Part shown: one piece after another, positions 24,941-32,196 of the stretch
How the letters are laid out: every line of letters starts with the position of its first letter
How positions within the stretch are numbered: the first letter of the stretch is position 1
DNA from: Nitrospirota bacterium
Lineage (GTDB): Bacteria; Nitrospirota; Nitrospiria; JACQCE01
DNA length: 40,407 nt
NCBI GenBank assembly: GCA_040755775.1
Contig: JBFMAJ010000001.1
Span: 1-40,407, forward strand
Direction: 5' to 3'
Notes under the pieces: model-generated
The model's input: only the letters and a program-made list of their open reading frames with translations
What the model was told of the DNA's origin: nothing
Databases searched by the model: none
Made by a program: the position numbers and the translations under genes

Positions 24941-25918
24941 ATGGCGACCCCGCAGCCGTCGACGGACTCCCTGTTTCAGGATCAATTGGCCCCCGCGCGT
25001 GAGATTTGCGCCATCGGCGGCGGCAAGGGCGGCACGGGCAAAACCTTCCTGGCCGCCGGCTTGGGCATCTCCTTGGCCAAGATGGGCAAGCGGGTCATCC
25101 TGGTCGACGCCGATCTGGGCTGCGCCAACCTCCACACGGCCCTGGGGCTGCCCTATCCCGAAGAGACGCTTTCCGATTTTATGAAGGAAAAAGTCAAACG
25201 GCTTTCGGACGTGATCGTCGAGTCGGGGGTTGAAAACCTGCGGCTGATCAGCGGGGCGCAGGATTTTTTGGAGATCGCCAATCCCCGCTACAAAGAGAAA
25301 ATGCGCCTGATCCGTCAGGTCCAGAACCTGGACGTCGATTTCATCATTCTCGATCTTGGCGCGGGCACCTCATTCACCATTTTGGATTTTTTCCTGAGCG
25401 CGGCCAACGGCTTGTTGGCGGTCGTCCCCGAGCCGGGGTCTATTGAAAACGTCTATCGGTTCATCAAGAGCGTCTATTTCCGCAAGTTCAAGAAAGTGGC
25501 GCGGGATCCCGACATGCGGGCGCTGATCACCCAGGCGATGGATCACAAGAACACACTGGGCCTGAAGACGCCGCACGATCTGGTCTTGCACATTCAGACG
25601 ATCAACCCCGAACTGGGCGCACGGCTCATGGCATCCCTGGCGTCGATCCGGCCCAAGCTGGTGGTCAACCAGGTGCGCACGCGCGACGATATCGCCCTGG
25701 GATTCTCCATGCGCAGCTCGTGCAGCAAGTATTTCGGGATCGACGTGGAGTATCTGGGCTACATCGAGTATGACGACACGGTTCGGCTGGCCGCGCGGCA
25801 CAAGCGGCCGCTGATGCAGGAGTATCCCTATTGCAGCGCGGCCCGGTGCATCGAACGGGTCGCGCAGAATCTGGTTAAAAAAGAGCAATTGAACGTCGAG
25901 TTCATCTTGCGGCCGTAG
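24941..25918 (+). CDS. MinD/ParA-family P-loop ATPase
   Basis: ICAIGGGKGGTGKTFLAAGLGISLAKMGKRVILVDADLG carries the deviant Walker A KGGxGK[ST] with the signature Lys, followed by the DAD motif. 325 aa. Confidence 0.85.
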   Translation: MATPQPSTDSLFQDQLAPAREICAIGGGKGGTGKTFLAAGLGISLAKMGKRVILVDADLGCANLHTALGLPYPEETLSDFMKEKVKRLSDVIVESGVENLRLISGAQDFLEIANPRYKEKMRLIRQVQNLDVDFIILDLGAGTSFTILDFFLSAANGLLAVVPEPGSIENVYRFIKSVYFRKFKKVARDPDMRALITQAMDHKNTLGLKTPHDLVLHIQTINPELGARLMASLASIRPKLVVNQVRTRDDIALGFSMRSSCSKYFGIDVEYLGYIEYDDTVRLAARHKRPLMQEYPYCSAARCIERVAQNLVKKEQLNVEFILRP

Positions 25919-25931
25919 CGTCGGAGCGCCC

Positions 25932-26513
25932 GTGACTGAACGCAACTATTACCGGCTCCTGGAGGTGCCGGCCACGGCCAGCCAGAACGAGATCGTGCGG
26001 GCGTATGAACTGGCCAAGCGGACGTACGGCGGGGAATCGTTGGCCACTTATTCACTCTTCGACACCGGCGAACGCCAGGCGGTCATGGCCAAGATCGAGG
26101 AAGCCTATCGAACGTTGAGCGATCCAGACCGCCGACGGGAGTATGACGCCTGGTTGGCCGCCGGCGTCGGAGCCGTCGCCGTTGGGGACAGCGCGCCGGC
26201 CGGCGGCGCGCACAAGCCCTCGTCGCCCGCGCCGTCGGCGCCGGAAGAGCTGGAGATCCCCGAACTTCTCCACGGCCGGGATTTGCAGCGGCTGCGGGAG
26301 CGGCTGGGGATCTCGCTGCAAGCGATTGCGAATCAAACCCGGATCAGCGTGAAGTATCTTCAGCAACTGGAAGAAGACCAGCACGACAAGCTGCCCCATC
26401 CGGTCTTCGTCCGCGGCTATCTGTTGCAGTACGCGCAGGCGCTGAAGCTGGACGCGGATCAGATCCTGAACGGCTATTTGCGCGGCATGGCCAAGGGCAG
26501 CGGAGATTCGTAG
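25932..26513 (+). CDS. J-domain-like (no HPD motif) protein with a C-terminal RodZ-like helix-turn-helix
   Basis: GTG start preceded by GGAG. NYYRLLEVPATASQNEIVRAYELAKRTYGGES...IEEAYRTLSDPDRRREYD matches J-domain helices I-III, but HPD is replaced by GGE. The C-terminus LQRLRERLGISLQAIANQTRISVKYLQQLEE...VFVRGYLLQYAQAL resembles the HTH of RodZ-type proteins. Confidence 0.6.
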   Translation: MTERNYYRLLEVPATASQNEIVRAYELAKRTYGGESLATYSLFDTGERQAVMAKIEEAYRTLSDPDRRREYDAWLAAGVGAVAVGDSAPAGGAHKPSSPAPSAPEELEIPELLHGRDLQRLRERLGISLQAIANQTRISVKYLQQLEEDQHDKLPHPVFVRGYLLQYAQALKLDADQILNGYLRGMAKGSGDS

Positions 26514-26539
26514 GGCCGGGTTTAAAACCCGCCCCTACG
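26509..26539. terminator. Palindromic element / bidirectional terminator hairpin (CGTAGGGCCGGGTTT-A-AAACCCGCCCCTACG)
   Basis: 15-nt arms with a single mismatch. The element includes the TAG stop of the upstream gene and ends 3 nt before the bioA stop on the opposite strand. It belongs to the same family as 24384-24410. Confidence 0.6.
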
Positions 26540-26542
26540 ACA

Positions 26543-27910
26543 TCACCGGCCCGTCACCCGTTCGATCGATCGTCCGATGATCCCGACCATCCGGCGGATC
26601 AGCCGTCCGCTTGTGGCCAGCGGCGGCATCAAGACGATCACGTCGCCAAGCGGCCGCGTCAGCAATCCCTCCCGGCGCGCCGCCCGGCAGACCGCATGGC
26701 CCATTCGCCGCGCCGGCGGATAGGGCGACGTTGTCGTTTTGTCGCGAACCAACTCAATGCCCGCCATCAGTCCCCGCTGGCGCACGTCGCCTACGTGGGG
26801 CAATCGACGGATCGGATCGAGCGCGCGGCGCAGCGCCTCAATCGTCGGTTCCAGGCGCGCGAGCGTTTGCTCGCGGTCGAAGGTGCGCAGATTGGCCAGC
26901 GCGACGGCGCAGCCCAACGGGTTGCCGGTATAGCTGTGGCCGTGAAAAAAGGTTTTGAACGCCGAGTAGGGGCCCAGAAAGGCGCGATAGATGCGCTCGG
27001 TGGCCAGCGTGGCGGCCAGCGGCAGATAGCCGCCCGTCAGCCCCTTGGCCACGGCCATCAGATCCGGCGCGACTGATTCGTGCTCGCACGCGAACAGGCG
27101 GCCCGTGCGCCCGAAGCCGGTCGCCACCTCATCGGCGATCAACAGCACGCCGTGGCGGTCGGCCAGCTCGCGCACCCGGCGCAAATGGCCGGGCGGGGAG
27201 GCGACCATGCCGGCTGCGGCCTGCACCAGCGGCTCAACCACGATGCCGGCAATCCGGTCGCGCCGCCGCTTGAGCGTCGTTTCAAGCTGATCCAGGCAGG
27301 CCAGGCCGCATTCCGGATGGCGCAAGTTCAGCGGGCAACGATAACAGTAGGGCGCGTGAATCCGCTCCACCGGGAAGAGCAACGGCGCAAACCGGCGGTG
27401 AAAGAGATCGATGCCGCCCACGCTGACGGCTCCGATCGTGTCGCCGTGATAGGCGTTGGCGAAGGCGACGAATCGCGTTTTCTTTTTCCCGGCGCGGGAC
27501 GAGAGCTGCCAAAATTGCACGGCCATTTTGAGCGCCACTTCCACGGCGGTCGACCCGTTGTCGGAGTAAAACACTCGCGTCAACCCGGCGGGCGCCCGGG
27601 CGGCCAGTTCGCCAGCCAACTCAATGGCCGGCGCATGGCTCTGACCCAGCAGCGTGGAATGGGCGATCCGGGCCAGTTGCGCTCGGACGGCCCGGTCCAG
27701 GCGGGGATGGCGGTGGCCGTGCAGGTTGACCCACAATGAGGCGGTGCCGTCCAGATAGCGCCGGCCGGCCTCATCCCACAGATAGGGGCCCCGCCCCCGC
27801 GCGATAATCAGGGGAGGCTCGGCATTCCATTCGGCCATTTGGGTGAAGGGGTGCCAGAGATGGCGTCGGGACAGTCGCCGGAGACGGCGTGCCCTGCTGG
27901 CGGGCGACAT
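26543..27910 (-). CDS. bioA: Adenosylmethionine-8-amino-7-oxononanoate aminotransferase
   Basis: Internal ATG at 27910 of the 587-aa ORF gives MSPASRARRLRRLSRRHLWHPFTQM...YLDGTASLWVNLHGHRHP...YSDNGSTAVEVALKMA...AVAKGLTGGYLPLAA. These are typical BioA class-III aminotransferase motifs. 455 aa. Confidence 0.9.
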   Translation of the reverse strand: MSPASRARRLRRLSRRHLWHPFTQMAEWNAEPPLIIARGRGPYLWDEAGRRYLDGTASLWVNLHGHRHPRLDRAVRAQLARIAHSTLLGQSHAPAIELAGELAARAPAGLTRVFYSDNGSTAVEVALKMAVQFWQLSSRAGKKKTRFVAFANAYHGDTIGAVSVGGIDLFHRRFAPLLFPVERIHAPYCYRCPLNLRHPECGLACLDQLETTLKRRRDRIAGIVVEPLVQAAAGMVASPPGHLRRVRELADRHGVLLIADEVATGFGRTGRLFACEHESVAPDLMAVAKGLTGGYLPLAATLATERIYRAFLGPYSAFKTFFHGHSYTGNPLGCAVALANLRTFDREQTLARLEPTIEALRRALDPIRRLPHVGDVRQRGLMAGIELVRDKTTTSPYPPARRMGHAVCRAARREGLLTRPLGDVIVLMPPLATSGRLIRRMVGIIGRSIERVTGR

Positions 27911-28021
27911 GGTTGAGGGTAAGTGAAGGGCGAGGAGCTTGTCAATAGATTCGGGGAACGGTTTCCAACGGCGTTGAGCGGCAGGACGACATTGGACGGC
28001 AGGTTTGAACCCCTTGTCTTC

Positions 28022-28050
28022 TTGACAGAAAGGGCGATCACCCCTACCTT
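28022..28050 (+). promoter_or_regulatory. Candidate promoter (TTGACA-N17-TACCTT)
   Basis: TTGACA at 28022-28027 and TACCTT at 28045-28050, upstream of the GTG at 28094. Confidence 0.35.
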
Positions 28051-28093
28051 TTCTATTGAGGGCGTGGTACGGCCGCCCGGAGAAGGGAACGAC

Positions 28094-28909
28094 GTGTACA
28101 TCGAGTACTGGGGCTTTCAACGCCTTCCATTTGAAAATGTGCCGGATCCCCGGTTCTATTTTCCCTCCAGCCAGCATGAAGAAGGGTTGCACCGGATGCT
28201 CTATGCCGTCACACAGCGCAAAGGGGCGGCAATGCTGACCGGCGAAGTGGGCTGCGGAAAAACGCTGTTGTCGCGCGAATTCCTCAAGCAATTGAATGGC
28301 GGCCAAGAGTACAACGTTGCCTTGATCACCAATCCCTCGTTTCCGGTGCTCGAATTTTTACAGGAAATCCTGTACCAGTTCGGCGTCGGCTCCGTTCCGA
28401 AAAAGAAGATCGCCATCCTGCACCGGCTTAATGACCACCTGCTCGAGAACGAGCAGAAGGGGATTGCCAGCGTGATCGTAGTGGACGAGGCGCAGGCGGT
28501 CCGTGATCTACAGATCCTCGAGGAGCTGCGGCTGCTGTTGAATTTTCAGCGCAACGACCGTTTTCTCCTGACGCTGGTGCTGCTGGGCCAGCCGGAACTG
28601 CGGGAAAAGCTGCTGGAGATTCCCCAATTCGCCCAGCGCATCGGGATTCAGTACCACTTGACGCCGTTGGAATTGCCCGACGTGGAGCGCTACGTCAAAT
28701 GCCGCCTGAAGGCGGCCGGCGGCTCCGAGACGCTGTTTGACGCCGATGCGATCTATTTGATTCACGACGGCAGCAAGGGCATTCCGCGGGTCATCAATCA
28801 TCTGTGCGATCTCTGCCTGCTGGCGGGCGCCATGGCCAAACTGTCGGGCATTGACGGCACGCTGGTTCAAAAGGCGACCAAGAACAGCCAGTTCGCGGCC
28901 GTGTCATGA
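28094..28909 (+). CDS. ExeA/GspA/MshM-like AAA ATPase, second paralog (short form)
   Basis: GTG at 28094 preceded by GGAGAAGGGA. VYIEYWGFQRLPFENVPDPRFYFPSSQHEEGL aligns residue for residue with the N-terminus of the 17897 gene. Walker A is GEVGCGKTLL and Walker B is VIVVDEAQ. It also has KGIPRVINHLCD. Confidence 0.8.
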   Translation: MYIEYWGFQRLPFENVPDPRFYFPSSQHEEGLHRMLYAVTQRKGAAMLTGEVGCGKTLLSREFLKQLNGGQEYNVALITNPSFPVLEFLQEILYQFGVGSVPKKKIAILHRLNDHLLENEQKGIASVIVVDEAQAVRDLQILEELRLLLNFQRNDRFLLTLVLLGQPELREKLLEIPQFAQRIGIQYHLTPLELPDVERYVKCRLKAAGGSETLFDADAIYLIHDGSKGIPRVINHLCDLCLLAGAMAKLSGIDGTLVQKATKNSQFAAVS

Positions 28910-29997
28910 GCGATCAGAAGCCGATCCTTCGTTACAGCGAGCTGGCGCAAACGATGATGCCGGCCGGGGGCGGCGCGCCCGACGGCGGGAGCGGAAAGTC
29001 CGCCGACATCGCATTTCGCGAGATCGAGGGATTGAAGGCGGCCAAATCCGGGCCGGCCACTCCCCGCGCGCCGGTGATGGTGCCCGACAATCGGGCGGGC
29101 GAGCTCTTTCGCCAGGCGACCCGGGAGGCCCGCATCGTCTACGAGGGCGTGCGGCAGGGGCAGCCGCTGAGAATCGAGCCGCTTTTCGGCCTCGCCGAAT
29201 CGATTGTCGCCCATCCGTCGGAGGATCATCTGATCCGGCACATGTTCGACGATCAGCGGCGCGCGCCCACCGTGCATCGCAATGCCGCGACCTGCGCCAT
29301 CATCGCGGCGCGGATCGGCCGGGGATTGGGCTATCCGAAGGACGATCTGGTCCAATTGACCGTGGCCGGGCTGCTGCATGACATCGGCGTTGAAAAGCTT
29401 CCCACCAACCTGCTGGAAAAACCGGGCAAGCTGACGTCGGAGGAATTCGCCATGGTGCAGACTCACCCGGAGTGGGGCTACCGTCTCCTGCACCAGCACG
29501 CGCCGAAATATCCGATCGTCGCGCAGATCGTCCGGCAAGAGCACGAGCGGGAAGCGGGACAGGGCTACCCCGACAAGCTGACCGGCGAGGCGATTCTGGA
29601 GCCGGCCAAAATCATCGGCGTCACCGATATCTACGATGCGCTGATCACGCCGCGTCCGTATCGAAAGGCCTTTTGCCCGCACGAGGCGATTCAAGAGCTG
29701 CTTGACTGCCAGGAGCGTATGGGATATGCTCGCCACGTCGTGCGCGCCTTGATCCAGCAATTTTCCTTGTTTCCGCCGGGATGCTGGGTTGAGTTGAGTT
29801 CCCATGAAATCGCCCGGGTGATCCAAAGCAACAGCCGCTCGCCCTTGCGCCCCGTGGTGGAAGTGCTCTACGCGGCCGATCATCAGCCGTTGGTGCCGCC
29901 CCGCGTCATCGATCTGGACGAAAATCCTCTCATGCACATCACGGCCTCGCTCTGCACGGATGAGATTCCGGCGTCCAAGCCGGCTCATGGGGGGTAA
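28906..29997 (+). CDS. HD-GYP-type domain protein (variant motif) with an uncharacterised N-terminal region
   Basis: ATGA overlap with the upstream ATPase gene. LLHDIGVEKLP...LTSEEFAMVQTHPEWGY...EHEREAGQGYPDKLTGEAI...VTDIYDALITPRPYRKA follows the HD ... GYP layout. Confidence 0.8.
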   Translation: MSDQKPILRYSELAQTMMPAGGGAPDGGSGKSADIAFREIEGLKAAKSGPATPRAPVMVPDNRAGELFRQATREARIVYEGVRQGQPLRIEPLFGLAESIVAHPSEDHLIRHMFDDQRRAPTVHRNAATCAIIAARIGRGLGYPKDDLVQLTVAGLLHDIGVEKLPTNLLEKPGKLTSEEFAMVQTHPEWGYRLLHQHAPKYPIVAQIVRQEHEREAGQGYPDKLTGEAILEPAKIIGVTDIYDALITPRPYRKAFCPHEAIQELLDCQERMGYARHVVRALIQQFSLFPPGCWVELSSHEIARVIQSNSRSPLRPVVEVLYAADHQPLVPPRVIDLDENPLMHITASLCTDEIPASKPAHGG

Positions 29998-30006
29998 GAT
30001 CCGCCA

Positions 30007-31152
30007 CTACCGAAACGGCAATCGGCCGAGCAGGCGGAATGCTTGGCCGGAGAAGCGGCCCACTCTGGACAGGTAGCCGATGCCGAGGTTCCATGGCGAG
30101 GAAGAGCCGACCATTTCCTCCATGACCGATCGTTGTGGCCATACCAGTTGAGCAAGGAACCGAAGCCGTACGAGCGGGTCCTCGATCGCCAGGAGATAGA
30201 GGAGATCGCCCATTCCATCAATCCGCCGATTGCGCGTTAACAGCGTGAGCAGTCGTTGTTCCACACAATTGAGCCGGGGAGCGGCCGCCGGCGGCGCATC
30301 GAACGGCCACGACTGTCCAATGACGTTCTGCAAATAGGATGAGACAAAATGGAAAGGCTTTTCGAGGTTGAGTTGACCGGCTCGTTCACGCAGAAAGGTT
30401 GGCGCGTCTTCTTGCGCATGCACCTGAAGAAGCCGGCCGATATCCACAAACCAGATCAACCGGCCAAATGAATGTTTTTGCAAGTGCGCACAAAGCAGGA
30501 TGATCTGATCGACTGAGGAGGGAATCCACGCGCCTGGGAGGTTGCCTCGCCAGGGTATGGCCGACTGCCAGAGGAGCGTATCATCGACCCGAAGCGGATT
30601 CCTCGCCTGCGGCTCCACCCGGGAGAGATAGGCCAGTTCGGGATGAAGGTCGACGCAGATGTCCCGTTTTGCATAGGTCGGCGGATAGCGATGAAGGGGG
30701 AGATAACCAAGCCGGATCAGCACCCGTTGCGCCTGCGGCAAATGATGTCGTGGAATCAACAGGTCGATGTCGCTCAACGGCCGCGCGCCAGAAGAAGGAT
30801 AAATCCGCTCCGTGATCGCCATGCCTTGCAGGAGTAGAAAGCGGAGTCCTTCCTGATCGAACGCTTCGGCCATCTGCTCGACGGCTCGAGCCTTTCGTGC
30901 GTAATCGATCTGGTTGCGCAGATGAGTGTGGCGCAGTGACCGGCTCACGGACGGGGGCAGCTTCGCCTCCAGACCCGTCTGCAGGACCTGTTCATAGAAA
31001 AGACCGACTAACCCCTCTGACGATGCCCGTTCAAGCAGACCTGACCAATCGGTCATCGAGCAAAGCAGTTGTTGAAATTCTTCGCTTCCGCCGGCATTGC
31101 AGGCCAAGCGACTTGACATGAGGAGCAGGCGCTGGTTTACATGGGCGTCCAT
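30007..31152 (-). CDS. Uncharacterised nucleotidyltransferase family protein (NTP_transf_5-like)
   Basis: 381 aa. ...LRFLLLQGMAITERIYPSSGARPLSDIDLLIPRHHLPQAQRVLIRLGY... is the G-x-x...D-x-D nucleotidyltransferase fold pattern typical of the family found next to PqqD and HPr-kinase-like genes. Confidence 0.65.
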   Translation of the reverse strand: MDAHVNQRLLLMSSRLACNAGGSEEFQQLLCSMTDWSGLLERASSEGLVGLFYEQVLQTGLEAKLPPSVSRSLRHTHLRNQIDYARKARAVEQMAEAFDQEGLRFLLLQGMAITERIYPSSGARPLSDIDLLIPRHHLPQAQRVLIRLGYLPLHRYPPTYAKRDICVDLHPELAYLSRVEPQARNPLRVDDTLLWQSAIPWRGNLPGAWIPSSVDQIILLCAHLQKHSFGRLIWFVDIGRLLQVHAQEDAPTFLRERAGQLNLEKPFHFVSSYLQNVIGQSWPFDAPPAAAPRLNCVEQRLLTLLTRNRRIDGMGDLLYLLAIEDPLVRLRFLAQLVWPQRSVMEEMVGSSSPWNLGIGYLSRVGRFSGQAFRLLGRLPFR

Positions 31153-31164
31153 GTCGGCGCTTCC

Positions 31165-31193
31165 ATCTTAGTCGATCTTCACGTATCCTTCAA
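31165..31193 (-). promoter_or_regulatory. Candidate promoter on the minus strand (TTGAAG-N17-TAAGAT)
   Basis: The reverse complement of 31188-31193 is TTGAAG and of 31165-31170 is TAAGAT. The -10 box ends 12 nt before the ATG at 31152, giving a very short leader. Confidence 0.4.
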
Positions 31194-31232
31194 CGCATCC
31201 CGAGCACGTATAGACAGACAACGCCGCCGAGC

Positions 31233-31262
31233 TTGACAAATCGCCGCTGATGGGGTCATCTT
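31233..31262 (+). promoter_or_regulatory. Candidate promoter (TTGACA-N17/18-(T)CATCT(T)) ending 5-6 nt before the ATG at 31268
   Basis: TTGACA at 31233-31238 and the -10 box at about 31256-31262. It shares the extended motif CTTGACA-R-ATCGCCGC ... ATCTTAA with the promoter at 32050. Confidence 0.4.
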
Positions 31263-31267
31263 AACTT

Positions 31268-31714
31268 ATGCTGTGGGAGGCGGATCCGGATGCCGCCGCA
31301 TTCGACCCGCGTATGATGGAACGAGACGAAACAGTATGGCTTACCGTTGAGGGCCGCAGCATGAGCCCGGTCCTGCGTTCCGGCGACGCCGTGATGATTC
31401 GTTGCTGTACGGCCGACGCCGTAAAACCCGGTGACGTCATCACTGTCGCTGATCCCGCCGGTCTGTGTACTCATCGTTTGATCATGATAACCCACGAGGG
31501 AGGAAAACGCCTGCTTTGGACCAAGGGTGACGCGTGTGCGCACTGGGATGATCCCATCGATTCCGAGGCGTTACTGGGCAAGGGCGTCGCCATGTTGAGG
31601 GGCGGGCGGCATCTCTCGCTTGAGAAGGGGTGGCGCGCGCTGAATTTCGTTATGCTTGGTGTTTCCATGGTATTAGGAGGGCTGCTATGGGTGAAATGGA
31701 CGTTGCGCGTTTAG
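31268..31714 (+). CDS. S24/S26-family serine peptidase, SipW/archaeal-type signal-peptidase-like, with a C-terminal TM helix
   Basis: VEGRSMSPVLRSGDAVMI...KPGDVITVADPAGLCTHRLI...LWTKGDACAHWDDPI parallels the GSMEP...GD...THRI...TKGDNN layout of SipW-type peptidases. The C-terminus ALNFVMLGVSMVLGGLLWVKW is hydrophobic. Confidence 0.65.
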   Translation: MLWEADPDAAAFDPRMMERDETVWLTVEGRSMSPVLRSGDAVMIRCCTADAVKPGDVITVADPAGLCTHRLIMITHEGGKRLLWTKGDACAHWDDPIDSEALLGKGVAMLRGGRHLSLEKGWRALNFVMLGVSMVLGGLLWVKWTLRV

Positions 31715-31992
31715 ACCGGATCCCGGTCAAAGCGCCGCAGACGGCCTATCAAGTGCTCGATGAGCAAGCGGTTGTCCTTGACATCACCGCAAAAATTTTG
31801 CGGGGATTCAATCCCGTTGCCAGCCGCATTTGGCATCTGGTGGATGGCAGACGAACGATCAAAGAGATTGCCGTGACAATCGCCGAAGAATTTGCCGGCG
31901 ATGAAGCCGAAATTGTCCGCGATGTCGACGCGTTCCTTCATGAACTGACCGACAAGCAGCTGGTGGTCTTTTCCCCCGCTCCGATTACGTAG
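31687..31992 (+). CDS. PqqD-family protein (stand-alone RiPP recognition element-like)
   Basis: ATG at 31687 preceded by AGGAGG. YQVLDEQAVVLDITAKILRGFNPVASRIWHLVDGRRTIKEIAVTIAEEFAGDEAEIVRDVDAFLHELTDKQLV follows the PqqD pattern (beta-strands, then a winged helix, then a ...L.e.gLv ending). 101 aa. Confidence 0.75.
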   Translation: MGEMDVARLDRIPVKAPQTAYQVLDEQAVVLDITAKILRGFNPVASRIWHLVDGRRTIKEIAVTIAEEFAGDEAEIVRDVDAFLHELTDKQLVVFSPAPIT

Positions 31993-32049
31993 TCTTTTCA
32001 GTGGTTTTTGCGCCGGTCTTCCATCAGCCGATTCACCGTGCATTGCCAC

Positions 32050-32077
32050 TTGACAGATCGCCGCATCGCGCTATCTT
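32050..32077 (+). promoter_or_regulatory. Candidate promoter (TTGACA-N16-TATCTT)
   Basis: TTGACA at 32050-32055 and TATCTT at 32072-32077, about 120 nt upstream of the GTG at 32197. It shares the extended motif with the promoter at 31233. Confidence 0.4.
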
Positions 32078-32196
32078 AAGGAGTAACGCGGAAGAAGACG
32101 ACGGGTACACAGCCGCCGATAAGAGCAAACCCTGAGACATCGGGGGACGCAAAGCCACTCACCTCGTCGAAAAGACGGGGCAGGAGGGTTGCCGAA

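Noticed and set aside
27911-28306. An N-terminal 132-aa extension of the bioA ORF (tracked as 26543..28306).
   Set aside because: The extension has no similarity to BioA N-termini. It would overlap the divergent ExeA-like gene and its promoter. The internal ATG at 27910 gives a normal-length BioA.
28867-29988. A 373-aa ORF on the minus strand.
   Set aside because: It is antisense to the HD-GYP gene, whose frame carries clear HD and GYP motifs. It is a shadow ORF. The same reasoning applies to 18881..20008 (opposite the Liv binding protein), 8643..9485 (opposite rmlB), 10328..11101, 11560..12387, 25370..25945 and 37931..38782.
31993-32196. A possible riboswitch or small ORF in the leader of about 120 nt upstream of the propeller gene.
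   Set aside because: I could not fold a convincing conserved structure by eye. There is no ATG/GTG-initiated ORF with an SD; the AAGGAG at 32078 is not followed by a start codon. This is left as an ordinary 5' UTR.
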